Of a stretch of 64,000 nt of DNA, positions 24,107 through 38,725 are shown one piece after another. The position numbers and the translations under genes were made by a program. Positions within the stretch are counted from its first letter, which is position 1, and the number at the start of each line of letters is the position of its first letter. The stretch is from NCBI GenBank assembly GCA_951406725.2, contig OX597819.1, positions 110,794,001 to 110,858,000 on the forward strand. Reading direction: 5' to 3'. The notes below the pieces were generated by a model that did no database searches, had not been told where the DNA came from, and saw only the letters and a list, made by a program, of their open reading frames with translations. The stretch comes from Octopus vulgaris (Eukaryota).

Positions 24107-24949
24107 TGAAATATATACATAAGTGTTTACGCACACTCAAACATTCACGCGGTATGCTGTACGTGTGTCAGTTTGTGTACACATGTTCACATACTTGAGT
24201 GTATGTGTGTATTTTCAAGAAGTCGTTTGTGTCTGAGTGTGTGTGCGCACACGTGCTGTGTGTATGTGTGTGTGTGTCTGTCTGTCTACATGTTTGTTAT
24301 GTGAGTAGATATGTGGAGTAAAGGTAAGGGGGCGCTAGCAGCTATAGATAGACATGTGTTTACCTTTTCGCATAATCACAAGACAGGTGAGACAATCAGA
24401 ACCGGAAGGGTATTTCAAGACTTTGTGATTGATTACTTGTAACTATCGACACCTTTAGAGGTAGAGATGGTGATGGGGGTGTTATACGTTGGGTGTTAGG
24501 GGTAAGAGCCAGGGATAGATATTTGGGGATAGATCCTATGTTAGGATGTTGCGTTGATAGTGTTGGTAATGGTGGCGGTGGTGCTGTAGAAGTCTGTATT
24601 TATTTTGCATCACTTTTTTCTTGTAGTGTACAATTTTTTTATTTTTTTAGTTTTTGACTGCAGAACGTTGTTTACTGTTAACTGGCTGTTGGTGTGTTGG
24701 GTGTAGTAATAGTGGTGGTGGTGAAGCTTGAGCTGCTTCTGGTGGTGGTGGTGGTGGTGGTGTTAATAGTACTTGTAGTGTTGAAAAATACATTTTCCGT
24801 ATTCAAAATATGCTTAGAATGGCGTTTTAATGAATTTCTGTAGAAACTTTTGGATTCTGCTATCACCAGGTTGACATCAAACAAGAAAACCAATGAATGA
24901 ATTCGCTAAAGTAGCAACTATTGCATTGATACCACAGTTGTTGGTGGCC

Positions 24950-25260
24950 TAGCCTTTGCCTTTCAGCCTTTCGGGTTGATAAAATACGTACCAGTCACGT
25001 ACTGGGGTTGATGTGATCGACCATTGCCTCCCTCCAAATTTCAGGGCTATTGTCTATTGCCTATAGTACAAAGGATATTAGATCTGTTGATTAGGCGACG
25101 GCTCGTCGGCATAGTCGTTAGCAGACGGAGCCAAATGCTTAGCGGCATTTCGTTTGTCTTTACCTTCTTCGTCAGGTTGACTTTGCCTATCATTCTCTCG
25201 GGGCTCGGTGAAATAAATAACAGTTGAACACTGAGGTTGATATAATCGACAATCCAAGGG
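24950..25260 (+). mobile_element. Two family C SINE fragments
   Basis: CTTTGCCTTTCAGCCTTTCGGGTTGATAAAATACGTACCAG and GTTGACTTTGCCTATCATTCTCTCGGGG. Confidence 0.65.
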
Positions 25261-25946
25261 GGAAAGACATCCAAAAGATGCCATCCAAGAGTAACGTCCA
25301 TTGATTCATTGTTTCATTATTTTATTCGCGTGGGTTTAGGAGAACTCCCGTGAATTAAACGAGACTGTTTTCCAAAATGGAGGCGAACAACTTTCTCCAT
25401 GTTATCGGCTTGAAAAATTATTAAGACACTAGGATATTTTCCTACTTGTCTTAACATGAAACCAATGGTAGTCTTAATTCACAATTAATTTACTGGCCTT
25501 GTCCCAAAATTTGAAACCGATTTTACAACTGCTTGCGTGACATATTTTGATTGCATCACTTTCAGGTTTTTCAGTTTCTAAGTACATGTTTGTTATTGAT
25601 ACTACTCAATACTATGATCAGCCATGATCGATAAAAATCTATCGTCGAAAGCTACCACCCAACTTAACTAGGCTTGAGTTGAAAAGATGTCATTGTCTCT
25701 GTATTATGTTCAGTTATCTCTATCGTCCCATCTGTTGAAGCTTTGCGCCAGAGCTTCAATCTTTGTTAATGGTATTCTCGTACATTCTTTAGGCATTGTC
25801 TGTCCATCTTTTCTTCTAACTGTCCCTCCTTTTTCACTCTCTACGATTTCTGTAGATTTTGCTGCATGATCACACCCCTCTCAGCTTTATTTTTGTTTTA
25901 GCTTTGCGACGTCACACACATACATATACATCTACGCAAACACGCA

Positions 25947-25988
<42 letters not shown>

Positions 25989-26014
25989 CAATTCAAATAA
26001 ACAAAAATTGAAAA

Positions 26015-26097
26015 GATAAATAGATAGATAGATATATAGAAAGATAGATAGATAGATAGACAGATAGACAGACAGATAGACAGACAGACAGACAGAC

Positions 26098-26169
<72 letters not shown>

Positions 26170-26170
26170 T

Positions 26171-26262
<92 letters not shown>

Positions 26263-26564
26263 GATAGATAGTTAGTTAGATAGATAGATAAGTTTGTTTA
26301 TTGGCCACACAGGGCTGCACACAGATGGGACAAGTTACAAGGTAGAGCTTTTCTTTTGGGGGATGAAAAAAACAAAAAACAAAAGAAACAAAAAAAAAGA
26401 AAGGGGTGGCGTAGGTTTTCGATCAAGAGGGATCGTAAAAGGGAAGAAAAAAAAAATAAAGAAAAAAAATAAAAATAAAAAAAGAAGAAAAGGAAAAGGA
26501 ACAAAAAGAGAAATGAAAAAAGAAGAAAAAAGGGGAAAAAAGGGGAAGAGGAAAAAAAAGGAAA

Positions 26565-26628
<64 letters not shown>

Positions 26629-26630
26629 AT
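26015..26630. repeat. (GATA)n/(GACA)n array interrupted by a Tx1 3' end
   Basis: Direct reading. Confidence 0.95.
26291..26567 (-). mobile_element. Severely 5'-truncated copy of the Tx1 element (3' UTR only)
   Basis: Near-identical to 7329-7620 (TTTATTGGCCACACAGGGCTGCACACAGATGGGACAAGTTACAAGG...GGGGTGGCGTAGGTTTTCGATCAAGAGGGATCG). Confidence 0.92.
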
Positions 26631-27729
26631 TTATTAAACTACGTTGTCAACACATGCACAGTTATACAAATTAGATTGATAACTTTAGTGAATTCCTAAT
26701 TCCCGATACAGTATAATGTATAGATTATAAATAGCTATAAGATATTAATTTTTCATGCAGACTTACTTTATAGATATTGGAATTATTTATCTGATGAAGA
26801 TCTAACAGGACAGGAAAATAGTTACATCCACCATATTGGTCTTTGATCTTTGGGAGATATATATAATCGTGTTCTGGCCACTTGTTTATTTTCAACAACA
26901 AGGTTAAAACTGTGTACGTGTGTGTATGTGTATGTGTGTGATAACATACATATCATACGTACATACATACATACATATATATATATATATCATATATATA
27001 TATATATATATATATACATACATACATATATTTATATATATACGTATGTATATATGAATGTTTATTTATACATATATATTATTATATGGGTAGATAGATA
27101 TAGATACAGATAGAATAGTAGACAGATAAACAGAGAGAAACAGATGCACACAAAATAACAAATATATACATATTTATATGTAACATACACACATATACAA
27201 ATACCCAATATTTATGTGTGTATATATCTATCTATGTATCTATATTTAAATATATATATATGTATATGTGTATATGCAGAAAAATCTATCTGAAAACATG
27301 GTGAAAACAAAAGAAAAAGCAGAGGGAATACAAAAGAAGTACAATGTAATTGCAAGGTAAAAAAAAATAGCAAATAAATATGGCAACCAAAAGAACATCA
27401 AAAATCAACCAGTTTCACATTTCCTCGTAATATACAAGTTATGCTTTTTATCAGGACTATGAGCCTGGTTTCGTGTTCGAACCTACATCCTGCTTACACC
27501 GACAAAAAATAAATGAAAAATATATGAACAAAAACCTAAAAGCATATCAAAAAGAAATAAACGTAAAAATTTAGCGGCTATAATGCACGGCTTCCGGTGG
27601 AAAGCTTATATTGCGCCTGCGTCGAGTAGTATTGGTACCGGAAGCTATTAGTTGTGTGTTCGTATATTTCGGTCTCTTAAAACCCTTCGCTCTCTCTTGT
27701 TTTATTTTGGTTGAAAGGAGAAGCTGCAT

Positions 27730-28360
27730 AACGATGTTGTTGTTGTTGTGGATATTGTTGTTGTTGTTGTTGTTGCTGTTGTTGTTCTAAATATTGCTGA
27801 TGTGTTTGTTTTAGTGGATGTATTAGTGCTCCTCGGTGTGGGACTGCTGCTGTTGCTGCTGCTTTTTGTTGTTGTTGTTCATGATGATGATGTTGATGAT
27901 GATGATAATGATGACGACGACAACGACGAATAGGGGGTGAGGATGGTTATGTTGATGATGACGACAATGATGGCAGTAACAATAATGATGACGATGATGA
28001 TGCTGTCGATGATTACAGTGATGTTGATGACAATGATGATGATGATGATGATGAGGATGATGATGATGTTGACGATAATGACGATGATGGTGATGCTATT
28101 GATGATGCTGATGTTGATGACGATGATGACGATGATGATGACGATGATGATGATGATGATGATGCTGATGCTGATGATGCTGATGATGATAACGACGATG
28201 ATGGTAACGACGATGATGATGATGGTGATGATAATGATACTGACGATGATGGCAATGATGATGACGATGATGGTGATGAGGATGTTGATGAAGATGTTGA
28301 TGATGGTGACGACGATGAAGTCGACGACGACAGTGATGATGATGATGAAGATGACGATGA
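27730..28360. repeat. Degenerate (GTT)n/(GAT)n tract
   Basis: Direct reading. Confidence 0.85.
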
Positions 28361-28740
28361 AGCTGGTGTCAGGGTCGCCGTCGGAGAACTGACGTTGTTT
28401 TTGTAATATCCATCTCTATACCGTTATTCCTCTTATGTCTGTTACCGTTCATCTTCAATTTCTCTGTTTTTATTATCGCTCCTGTTGCTGTTGTTGTTGT
28501 TGCTGGCATTTCTGATTTCTGTATTGTTTCCAATGTTTTTATAGCTGCTGTTGTTGCTGTTGTTGTAGTCGTTGCTCTATGCACTACTGCTGTTTCTTTT
28601 TCTTTTTTCCCCCTATGATATGAATATTGACGTCGCTATTGTATTTTGTTGCTTGTACACTAAGCTGTTTTTGGTGTTTTTTTCTGGAGTTAATGGGGAT
28701 GGTGATAGGAATAATGAAAACGAAGAGGACGACGATTGCA

Positions 28741-28775
<35 letters not shown>

Positions 28776-29323
28776 CATAATGATGATAATAATGGGTGGG
28801 GGCCGTGTGTGTGTATACGGTGTATGGTGGAGATGATGGTATCGATTGGCGCCAGTGATGTGACGCCGTGATGTTCTAGCAAAATCGAATCGGCAATCCG
28901 GTTTCGTCTCCCACTTTGAAACGATTCGCGCTCGTCTATTAGAAAACTATAAACAGCACTTCATTGCACATGTACACGCGCTTATCCCTCCCACACACAC
29001 ATACATACAGATACACACACAAATATATATCCGTATGTGCGTATATATGTATCTATTTATAAATATACACATACACATAAACACATACTCTCAAACACAA
29101 ATATATGCGTGAGCTTAATTTTTTATATACACCACGCACACACACACACACATACACACACGCGCGCGCGCACATATATATACACAAACACACACACGCG
29201 TATATATTTCAGTAAAACACGTTTTTCAAGATAAATGGTAGTGTTTACTCTCACATATATACATACATGCATACATACATACATGAATACCTCCATACAT
29301 ATGCATATATATATATATATATA

Positions 29324-29367
<44 letters not shown>

Positions 29368-29383
29368 TATATATATGTGCATA

Positions 29384-29457
<74 letters not shown>

Positions 29458-30084
29458 TAGATAGATAGATAGATAGATAGTTAGATGCATTTGTATAAGT
29501 ATATGTTTGTATTTGTGTATGTAAGTATGTATGTATTTATGTATGCATGTATGAAAATGAAAATGAAAATATATTAAATGTTTCCAAACAATAATTTACT
29601 GTAAATATATCTGTGTATATATTCACATAGTGAGTTTTACATATATAACACACGCACAGAGAAAAAAAAGTGACGGAGGAAAGATCATGTGTTACTTAAT
29701 GTCATTTGTATGGAGAAACGTTTTCCGTGCGAACAAATTTTAGGAAAGACATTTTGTAGTAGAAAAATGTTATATATCACTGACCATGTCCAGGTTTTCT
29801 TTGTCGTTCAGTTGAAGGTTCTAGGTGATGTTCCCTTGAATCTAACGACCATATACATACATACATGCATACATACATAATACATACACACACACATATA
29901 TACATACATACATACATACATACATACATACATACACTCGAACATACACTTATGTATATGTATTATTTTATTCGTTTTAACCATGCGGTTGTAGTCATGC
30001 TGGAACCCCCCCATAAAATTTGTACTCTTGCATATCATTCTTCTTTAGCTAATTTCTCTATGCACAACTCCAACATGTGCTTTT

Positions 30085-30925
30085 GCTTCTGATTGTTGGC
30101 CTATTTGGGGCATTTGGTTCCCCCGGTATCGGGGATAATACCGTTTGGTTCCCCCAGTATCGGGGATAAGAGAATGTCTAGTTCCTGTTTGAAGGCATTC
30201 ACGTCCACATAGAGTAGGATTCTTAATTCGTTTTTGCCGCAGAATTGAAGATCCCGGAAACTTTGAATCTTAAGCTATTGCAGTATCTGGTGATGACTTT
30301 GGTACAATACAATGACGTCCAGTTCGAACATTTGTATAACACTCGATGCCGAAATTCGGGACAAGCCCTTCAAGAATTTTTCATATTTAGATTATTACAT
30401 ATATGTCGTCTCTTGGCGCCAGGGAGTAAACTCGTAGACTTTTTCATCCTCTCCCTGTAGTTCATTTATTGCACTGTTACAATCATTTTAGTATAATGCC
30501 CGCTTCAATTACCGCTGTTTGTTATATGGTAACCAGAACTGAGAGCAGTATCCCGAGCGGGTAAGAACAAACGTCATCCACAGGGTCAATATAACTTCGC
30601 AATATCTTGTCTTAAAAGACATTAGTATCCATCCTACAAGTTATCTTCAGTGCGTATGAAATGATGCATCATTACACATACTGGTCCCCAACCCAAGTCT
30701 TTCGCAGTTGTAATTTTGAGATTGCAGTGCCTTTGGGTCTTGTATCTGTAGGCTGTGGTGCATTAGCGAGCTGATAAAGCAACGATTAAAATTTTCCAGC
30801 ATGGTGTTTTCTTCATCCACTTGTTGATAGCATTTAGGTCCCGCTATAAACCTGTGACATTGTCTGAGCTTTTTACTGGCTGTGATAATTTTGTATCATC
30901 GGCTGTCTGAGTGACCACGGGAATG
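30085..30925 (-). pseudogene. Old, degenerate CR1-group RT remnant
   Basis: Minus-strand peptides ADDTK (~30890) and GWILMSFKTRYCEVILTLWMTFVLTRSGYCSQFW, homologous to [11 protein letters not shown]...[11 protein letters not shown]; many frame breaks. Confidence 0.7.
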
Positions 30926-30932
30926 TCTATAT

Positions 30933-31138
30933 ATAGTTAATCCAAATATGAACAAAGAGAACACACAACAGCGCGAGGACGAGGAAAAAGTAAAGTGTTA
31001 TTGGACGCTCAGGAAAGAAAAGACAGAAGGAGGATTTAACGTTTCGAGCGGTGCTCTTCGTTAGAAATATAGAAAAAAAAAAAGTCCAAAGAAGGGAAGA
31101 CGGAGAAAGAAAATCGCCAACGATACACACGCGGTCAC
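30933..31138 (-). mobile_element. Small Penelope-like terminal remnant with degenerate minimal hammerhead
   Basis: Minus strand CUAACGA-A-GAGC-ACC-GCUC-GAAAC-GUU; related partial copy at 41961-42027. Confidence 0.5.
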
Positions 31139-31406
31139 ATACATACATACATACATACATACATACATACATACATACATACATACATACATACATGCAT
31201 GCATACATACATACATACATACATACATACATACATACATACATACATACATACATACATACATACATGCATGCATACATACATACATACATGCATGCAT
31301 GCATACATACATACATACATACATACATACATGCATGCATGCATACATACATACATGCATGCATACATAAATACATACATACACACATACATACATGCAT
31401 ACATAC

Positions 31407-31440
<34 letters not shown>

Positions 31441-32033
31441 GCATACATATAAATATGTATGAGTGTGTTTATATATATTAGCACTGTTATGCAAATTAGG
31501 TTATACAATTCTGCTTTGCCTGAATTAGTGTATAGTATTAGAAGCTGTTACCTACTATTCCTTTTGTGGAGATGAAAGGGCACCGTTGCCTAATGAAGTA
31601 TTTAATAAATGTTGATACTAACTAAATCATTATCTTTTTTCTGCTGAACGAAATTCATGTATTTTACCGACGGTATCTACTTTATACAGCGAGGTTGAAA
31701 TATGGGATCATTGAAAACACCTGCTCTTAAGTGTAATGTACATTTCTACTTATCCCACCGCAGTGTAGAGCTTATAATTAATTTTTATATGTGTGTGTGT
31801 GTGTGTGTGTGTATTTGTGCGTGTTTGTGTGTGGCTGTTTGTATTTGTGTCTGTGTGTGCGTGTGTATGTGCGTACGTGTCTTCATATGTATATATGTGT
31901 ATGAATATATCTAAACGTATATATAAATATATATATGCATATATGTATGTATATATATATATATATAATATGCATATATACATACATACATACACACATA
32001 CATACCCACACGCACACACATATATACACATAC

Positions 32034-32064
<31 letters not shown>

Positions 32065-32216
32065 TGCTTTGGCATTTCTTAAGAATAGTTAATTAACTTA
32101 ATATCTACTTATCGATGTATCTATGAATATATGTGTTTGTGTATACAGAGAGAGGGGAGAGAAAGAAAGAGAAAAAGAGAGAAAGGCATATATATATATA
32201 TATATATATATATACT

Positions 32217-32259
<43 letters not shown>

Positions 32260-32265
32260 ATAGAT

Positions 32266-32349
<84 letters not shown>

Positions 32350-32449
32350 TATAGATAGATAGATAGATATTGGGACAAAACGGCTAAGAAAGAAACAGAA
32401 TGTGAGAGAGGGAGAGAGAGAGAGAGAGAGAGAGAATGGGAAAAAGAGC

Positions 32450-32521
<72 letters not shown>

Positions 32522-32880
32522 AAAACTGTGAAAGACAAAAAGATAGAAAAGTGACAGAGTGAGAGAAATGGTGGGAAGAAATATACACACTTATAACTAG
32601 TAAATATATTTCATAAACAAATCAAAAAGTAGAATATAAAAAGTCTATTTCTACCCCTATCCACTCACCAACTTTCCAGCTCCAGAAAAAATATGAAAAT
32701 AAATATATATAATAACAACCAGAAAGGAATATCGAAAAGAAAAATAAATATACCAAGCAAACAATATGAAAATCAAATTGAAAATTTTAGATTTGCCTAA
32801 AGGAGAATGATGATTAGGGGACATCTCTGCATTTATTTAAAATTTTGACATTATATGCTTGTGTTTGTGTAAACGTGTGT

Positions 32881-32919
<39 letters not shown>

Positions 32920-32979
32920 GTGTGTGTGTGTGTGTGGTTGTGTGTGTGTCTATTTTGATTTGATTTGATTCATTTCGAA

Positions 32980-33180
32980 GTGTTTTTAGCTGTAAAACGC
33001 TTCACAAAGATGGCGGTGTCTTCGTAGTTGTGGCGAGAAAATGGCTACTTCAAAATTTGATCGTTCAACTTCGCCTGCAACGCTATGTAAAGGCAGGCAA
33101 CCGCCTTTACTTTCTTTTAATTTTAATTTTTTTCTTTTTTGTTATGCGATGGCGCAGGGCGGATTGGGCTGAGACAGCTT
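32980..33180. promoter_or_regulatory. CpG-rich promoter/enhancer-like island
   Basis: YY1-type AAGATGGCGG (33007) and AAAATGGCT (33038); GC box GGGCGG (33157) next to ATTGG (reverse CCAAT). Motif evidence only. Confidence 0.3.
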
Positions 33181-34083
33181 GTATGTTTTTGCTTATTTGT
33201 TTGTTTCATCGTGTATGTATATGCATATCTGAGTATATATATATATAATTATATCAATCTGTATGAGTTTGTGTTGATTTTTCGTGTGTTTTGTGGTAGG
33301 AGTAGATTGTGTTATAGGGGCGATTGTGCTTCTGGTTTATGTTTTTTATAGGTGTGTTTTCGTCGATGTAGTTGGTGGTCGTCGTATTAATATTATGGTT
33401 TATCATCCTATGTATTGTTGCTCATTGTGTTGATTTTGTTCATGATAGTCTCTGTTTTATTTTTGTTGTCATCGTTGTTGCTGTTGGTAATAACGTACTT
33501 ATTGTTGTCATTTGTTGTACATATTGTTGAGGATATTTCTGTTATGATTTGTTGATTGAATTTGTTGTGTTATTTTGGTTGTTTTGGATGAGGATGCTAA
33601 AATAGTTGCTGCTATTGTCGTTTATTGCGGTCGTATTTAGGCAATGATTGCGTTGTTATTTTGTCCATTGTGATTGTATATTCCTGTTATCTTTGTTGAT
33701 CTTTATTAATCATATTAGTATTGCTGTATAAGGTATTTATATATCTGTCTTTAGAATTGTGGTTGCGTTGTAGATATCTGTAAGGCGTCTAGGTTTGTGC
33801 TGTTGTTGTAAGGTTCAACATGACGCTGTTATTGTTGTTGTCGTTGTTGTTTTAAACTGTTATTTTTGTAGCAATTGTGTGGTGAAGGTATGGCTGTTGG
33901 AGCGATTCTGGCTGGTCCTTAGTTATTTCTATATTTGTAGCAGTTGATGGTAATTTTCTTGTGGTTTTGGTGTTGTTTATGACAGCAAACTCTCGAATCA
34001 AGTGACAAAAAGAACAATTAGTAGAAATACAAACACATACAGCGATATACGGAGAGTTATAACCGATATATGTGTGTGTGTGT

Positions 34084-34128
<45 letters not shown>

Positions 34129-34375
34129 TATATATATATGTATGTGCATGTATGTATATATATAAACATATATATTCTAGTGTGTGTGTATATATATATA
34201 TACACACACACATAGTTATATGTATATATGTATTTGTATGTATTTATATATCCATACATTTACATATATATGTACGCATTTATATACATATGCGTATATA
34301 TATATATGTGTGTGTGTGTATGTGTGTGTGTAAATATATGGATGTATAAATACAAACAAATATACATATATCTAT

Positions 34376-34468
<93 letters not shown>

Positions 34469-35076
34469 TATGTATATATCATTCTCTCCCCCTCTTTACA
34501 TACATGAGCGGTTTTATGTATAAATATATATATATATGCATGTGTGTGTGTGTGTGTGGTGCGTGTGTATGTATGTGCATGAATATATATATATATATAT
34601 TTATGTATACACACATACACACACACATATATGTATATATATATATCAGTAAATATATGTAAGGGTGTATAAATATACGTGTATATACGAGTGTATATAT
34701 TGAATATACGCACCTAAACAAATAAACAAAGAGCAGCTTGATCACAAACAAACTCAGATGTTTACAAATACACAGACTCAAACATACAGAATGTTACACA
34801 ATATGTGAGGCAGAACAATATTTCCAAACGCTCTTGTACATACACTCATAGATGCACATACACTCATAAGACCCATACACACAAAAGACTCTCTGGCATG
34901 CACACTCAGGCATATGTATAGGAATATACACATATCCAGTGCACAGAGAAATAGTCATATAAAAAAGAACATTTGCTAACTTAATATCACATGCATACAT
35001 ACGCATAACACAATTTCTTTCCCTGTATCTGTAACATATTCCCACATTAGATATCGTATACACATACATTTGTGTG

Positions 35077-35119
<43 letters not shown>

Positions 35120-36024
35120 GACATATACACACATGTGTATATACAAGCATACACAGACACAGATACGTATACATGTGTGTATGTATGTGTGTGTATATAT
35201 ATATGTATATGTATATACATATATATAGAAAGTGGGGAGAATGATATATATACATACATCTACATATGAATGCCACTTAACTACAGCACCTTGTTGAACA
35301 ACATGCTATAAATATCATATCCGCAGGTATGTGGTTTCGGGAGAATGGCGAAATTAAATACAGCACATACAGGTAAGAAGGCGGGAAGATGTATTATTTT
35401 TTGTTTCTAATTATATCTCACTTTCACTTTCTCTTTCGTATTATACAATATTTGTATATTTTTCGTTTTTGTCTCATTGCAAATTTTTCCATTATTTATA
35501 TTTTGAATTAATTTTTTTATTTATGTTTTCCAGTATATTAAGAGGCATATTATTTTCTCGATGTTTATTGTTCTAGTTGTTTTGTTGTTGCTGGTGGTTA
35601 TGATGAGGATAGGGGTAGGTCAGTATTTGTGCGACGAGTGTCACGATGATGATGATGACGATGTTGGTGATGATGATGATGCTGAGGATAGTATTGAGTA
35701 AGTTGGTGGTAGTGGTGATGGAAATGATGATAATAATGATGATGATGAGGAAGGACCACTACGATGACAACGAAATGATGACGACTACGACGACGACGAC
35801 GATGATGATCATGCTGATGATACTGATGATGAAAACGACTACGTACATGGAACCTACGATGATGATAATGATGATGATGATGTTATGATGATGTATTGAT
35901 AATGATGAAGATCATGATGATCATAATGATGATGCTATTTGTCGATAATTTGGTTATAGTTTTTGTTTGCGATGTTTGTGTCATTGCAATTGTTGTCGTT
36001 GTTATTGTCGTGGATATATATATA

Positions 36025-36464
36025 TACTTGTTGTGCAAGATTTTTTTATGTGAAGTCGTGTGTTGAAACAGATATTGTTATATTTCGGAATGGTCATATT
36101 GCCAGTTTAGCCAATAAAAACACACGCACTATATATTTGGTGTTATTTTGCTTCAGTGATATTTATTTTTTTTTTTACATTGTCCACACATAGAACAGAT
36201 GAAACAATTAGACAAATTACAGAAGCTACACATATAATAGAAAATAAACCTAGCCTGAATAGAAAACTAGAATGGAGCAATAGCACACACCACAACATAT
36301 GACGATAGAGGATCCCGAAAACATAATAAATACACAGATAACTAAACAAATAGAAAGGAATAACTATATATATGTATATATATCTATGTATGTATATGTA
36401 TATATATCTATGTATGTATATGTATGTATATATATATATATATGTATATGTGTATATATATGTG

Positions 36465-36509
<45 letters not shown>

Positions 36510-36912
36510 GTGTATATATATGTGTATATGTATATATATATATATATATTAACAAAAACAAAATACAAATTACATGAATGTATATAAACAGAAGATACAA
36601 ATATTACAGGCATCCCCCACACACACACTAAATAAACATAGACGCACATAGAGATATAAGCATGCGCAAATGAAGACATACAATAGAAATACAAAATGGC
36701 TGACGGTTAGTAAGGAGAGACACAAATAAGTGAGAAGAAAACAAAGGACCACTGATGCGGTCACAGGAGTGTGACGAAAGAACTCTGGCCGAAATAAGAT
36801 TAAGATTAATGTAAAAAATAAATATCACTGAAGCAAAATAACACAAAATATATAGTGCGTGTGTTTTTATTGGCTAAACTGGCAATATGACCATTCCGAA
36901 ATATAACAATAT
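36025..36912. mobile_element. Penelope-like remnant with inverted pseudo-LTR arms and hammerhead variant
   Basis: Arms 36072-36181 and 36808-36912 are near-perfect inverted repeats; the left arm has a ~45-bp unpaired extension; hammerhead variant at 36746-36790. Confidence 0.65.
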
Positions 36913-37069
36913 ATATATACTGATTTTCGTAGTGCTTCTAAACGATGCAAATGATGATGGGGATGATATTGATGAAGATGGTGCTTATGATGATGACGAC
37001 GACGACGATGACGATAATGGTTACGGTAGTGAATTCATTATGTGCAGTTCATTGTCATTAATACAGATT

Positions 37070-37225
37070 CAGTAGTAGTAGTAGTAGTAGTAGCAGCAGC
37101 CTGAGCAGTAGTAGTAATAGTACTATTATTATTATTATTATTAGTAGTAGTAGTAGTAGTAGTAGTAGTAACAGTAGTAGTAGTAGTAGTATTAGTAATT
37201 GTTGTAGTATTAGTAGTAGTAAGTT

Positions 37226-37315
<90 letters not shown>
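37070..37315. repeat. (TAG)n/(CAG)n microsatellite
   Basis: Direct reading. Confidence 0.9.
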
Positions 37316-37574
37316 ATGGTAGCAGTGCTGGTTGTTGTCAAATAAGTTGTCCAATGTTAGCAAGATAAACAATGAGTCAGTCTCTACGTGGTAACATGTT
37401 TTGTTAGAAATTGCAGTTTAATCCCCGTCGGACAACTCCATTCCGCCTGTATATAAAACAAGATAAATTAAATGATAGGGTATTACATGCAATATAGATA
37501 ACTAAAATCGGTAAGATGATCACGGCTGGAATATCATTAATATCAATTAACATTAATATCCAACATTAATATCA

Positions 37575-37768
37575 ATTTCAAATTATAATACAAGGCCAGC
37601 AATTTCCTGGGACGAGCAGTCGACTACATCGACGGCTTATTTTATCGATCCTATAAAGATGAAAGGCAAAGTTGACCGCAGTGGATGTTGACCTCGGAAC
37701 GTAAAGACAGATGAAATGCCACTTCGCATTTTACCCAACGTCCTAACGTTTCTGCCAGGTCACCGCCG
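37575..37768 (-). mobile_element. SINE family C, diverged
   Basis: TTTATCGATCCTATAAAGATGAAAGGCAAAGTTGACC...CTAACGTTTCTGCCAG. Confidence 0.65.
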
Positions 37769-38139
37769 TCAGCTCAACGTGCGCGCCGACATAAGGATTC
37801 ACAACATCACTATCAACTCAGAAACAATAACAGTAACTATAACACTATCTACAAAGCCAATATACTGGCACTCCGTCGAGGAGTTCCAGTAATCCGATCA
37901 GCAGAACAGCTTGTTCGTGAAATTAACTATAATTCCGCCTCTAGATGGTGTGCCAAAACTAGCAAATAGCGATCAAGACTAGCTCCATATGAGACGGGGA
38001 GATAATCTCAAAAAATCAAGAGTTCTCCGAAGTTGACATGCCTTTAAGAAAAAGTATAAACTTGTATGTATGTATGTATGTATGTATGTATGTATGTATG
38101 TATGTATGTATGTATGTATGTATGTATGTATGTATGTAT

Positions 38140-38725
38140 GTACATGTGCATATTTCTATGTTTTGTTTTATGTATGTGTTCTCATGCATGTACTTGCATA
38201 TCTAGATATGCTCATATATATAATTAAATGATAAGCTTCTGGAAAGTTTTACAAATTTTTACAGTTCCAGTGATGGCTTGGATCTTCGAACCAGCTTTTT
38301 CCTTTCTGGTTTTGAGAAGCTTAATTTCTCAAGATTGGTATTTAGGCAATATATTACATATCTCAGCACCCCTATAATTACCAGTATAAACCTGAATTTA
38401 TGTATGTATGCATTTATGTATGTATGTATGTATGTATGTATGTATGTATGTATGTATGTATGTATGTATGTATGTATGTATGTATGTATGTATGTATGTA
38501 TGTATGTATGTATGTATGTATGTATGTATGTATGTGTGCAGATTTGTTTTATGTATGTATTCTCATACATATAGTTGCGTGTCTGGACATGCTCATATGT
38601 ACTTAAATGATAAACTTCTGGTAAGTTTCACAAAGTTTTACAGTTCTAGTAATGGACTGGATCTGTAGTCTTCGAATCAGCTTTTTCGTTTCTGGTTTTG
38701 AGAAGTGTAGTTTCTCAAGATTCGG
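38140..38725. repeat. Diverged direct duplication of a ~190-bp unit separated by (TATG)n
   Basis: TTAAATGATAAGCTTCTGG...ACAGTTCCAGTGATGG...TCTTCGAACCAGCTTTTT...TTTCTCAAGATT occurs at ~38224 and ~38603. Confidence 0.85.

Noticed and set aside
26791-26850. CTGATGA-AGATC...GATCT hammerhead-like start
   Set aside because: GAAA and helix III are absent; at most a truncated relic.
27937-28392. Met-rich or Asp-rich ORF (reflectin-like by composition)
   Set aside because: Degenerate (GAT)n microsatellite; lacks Tyr/Arg/Trp and the reflectin motif.
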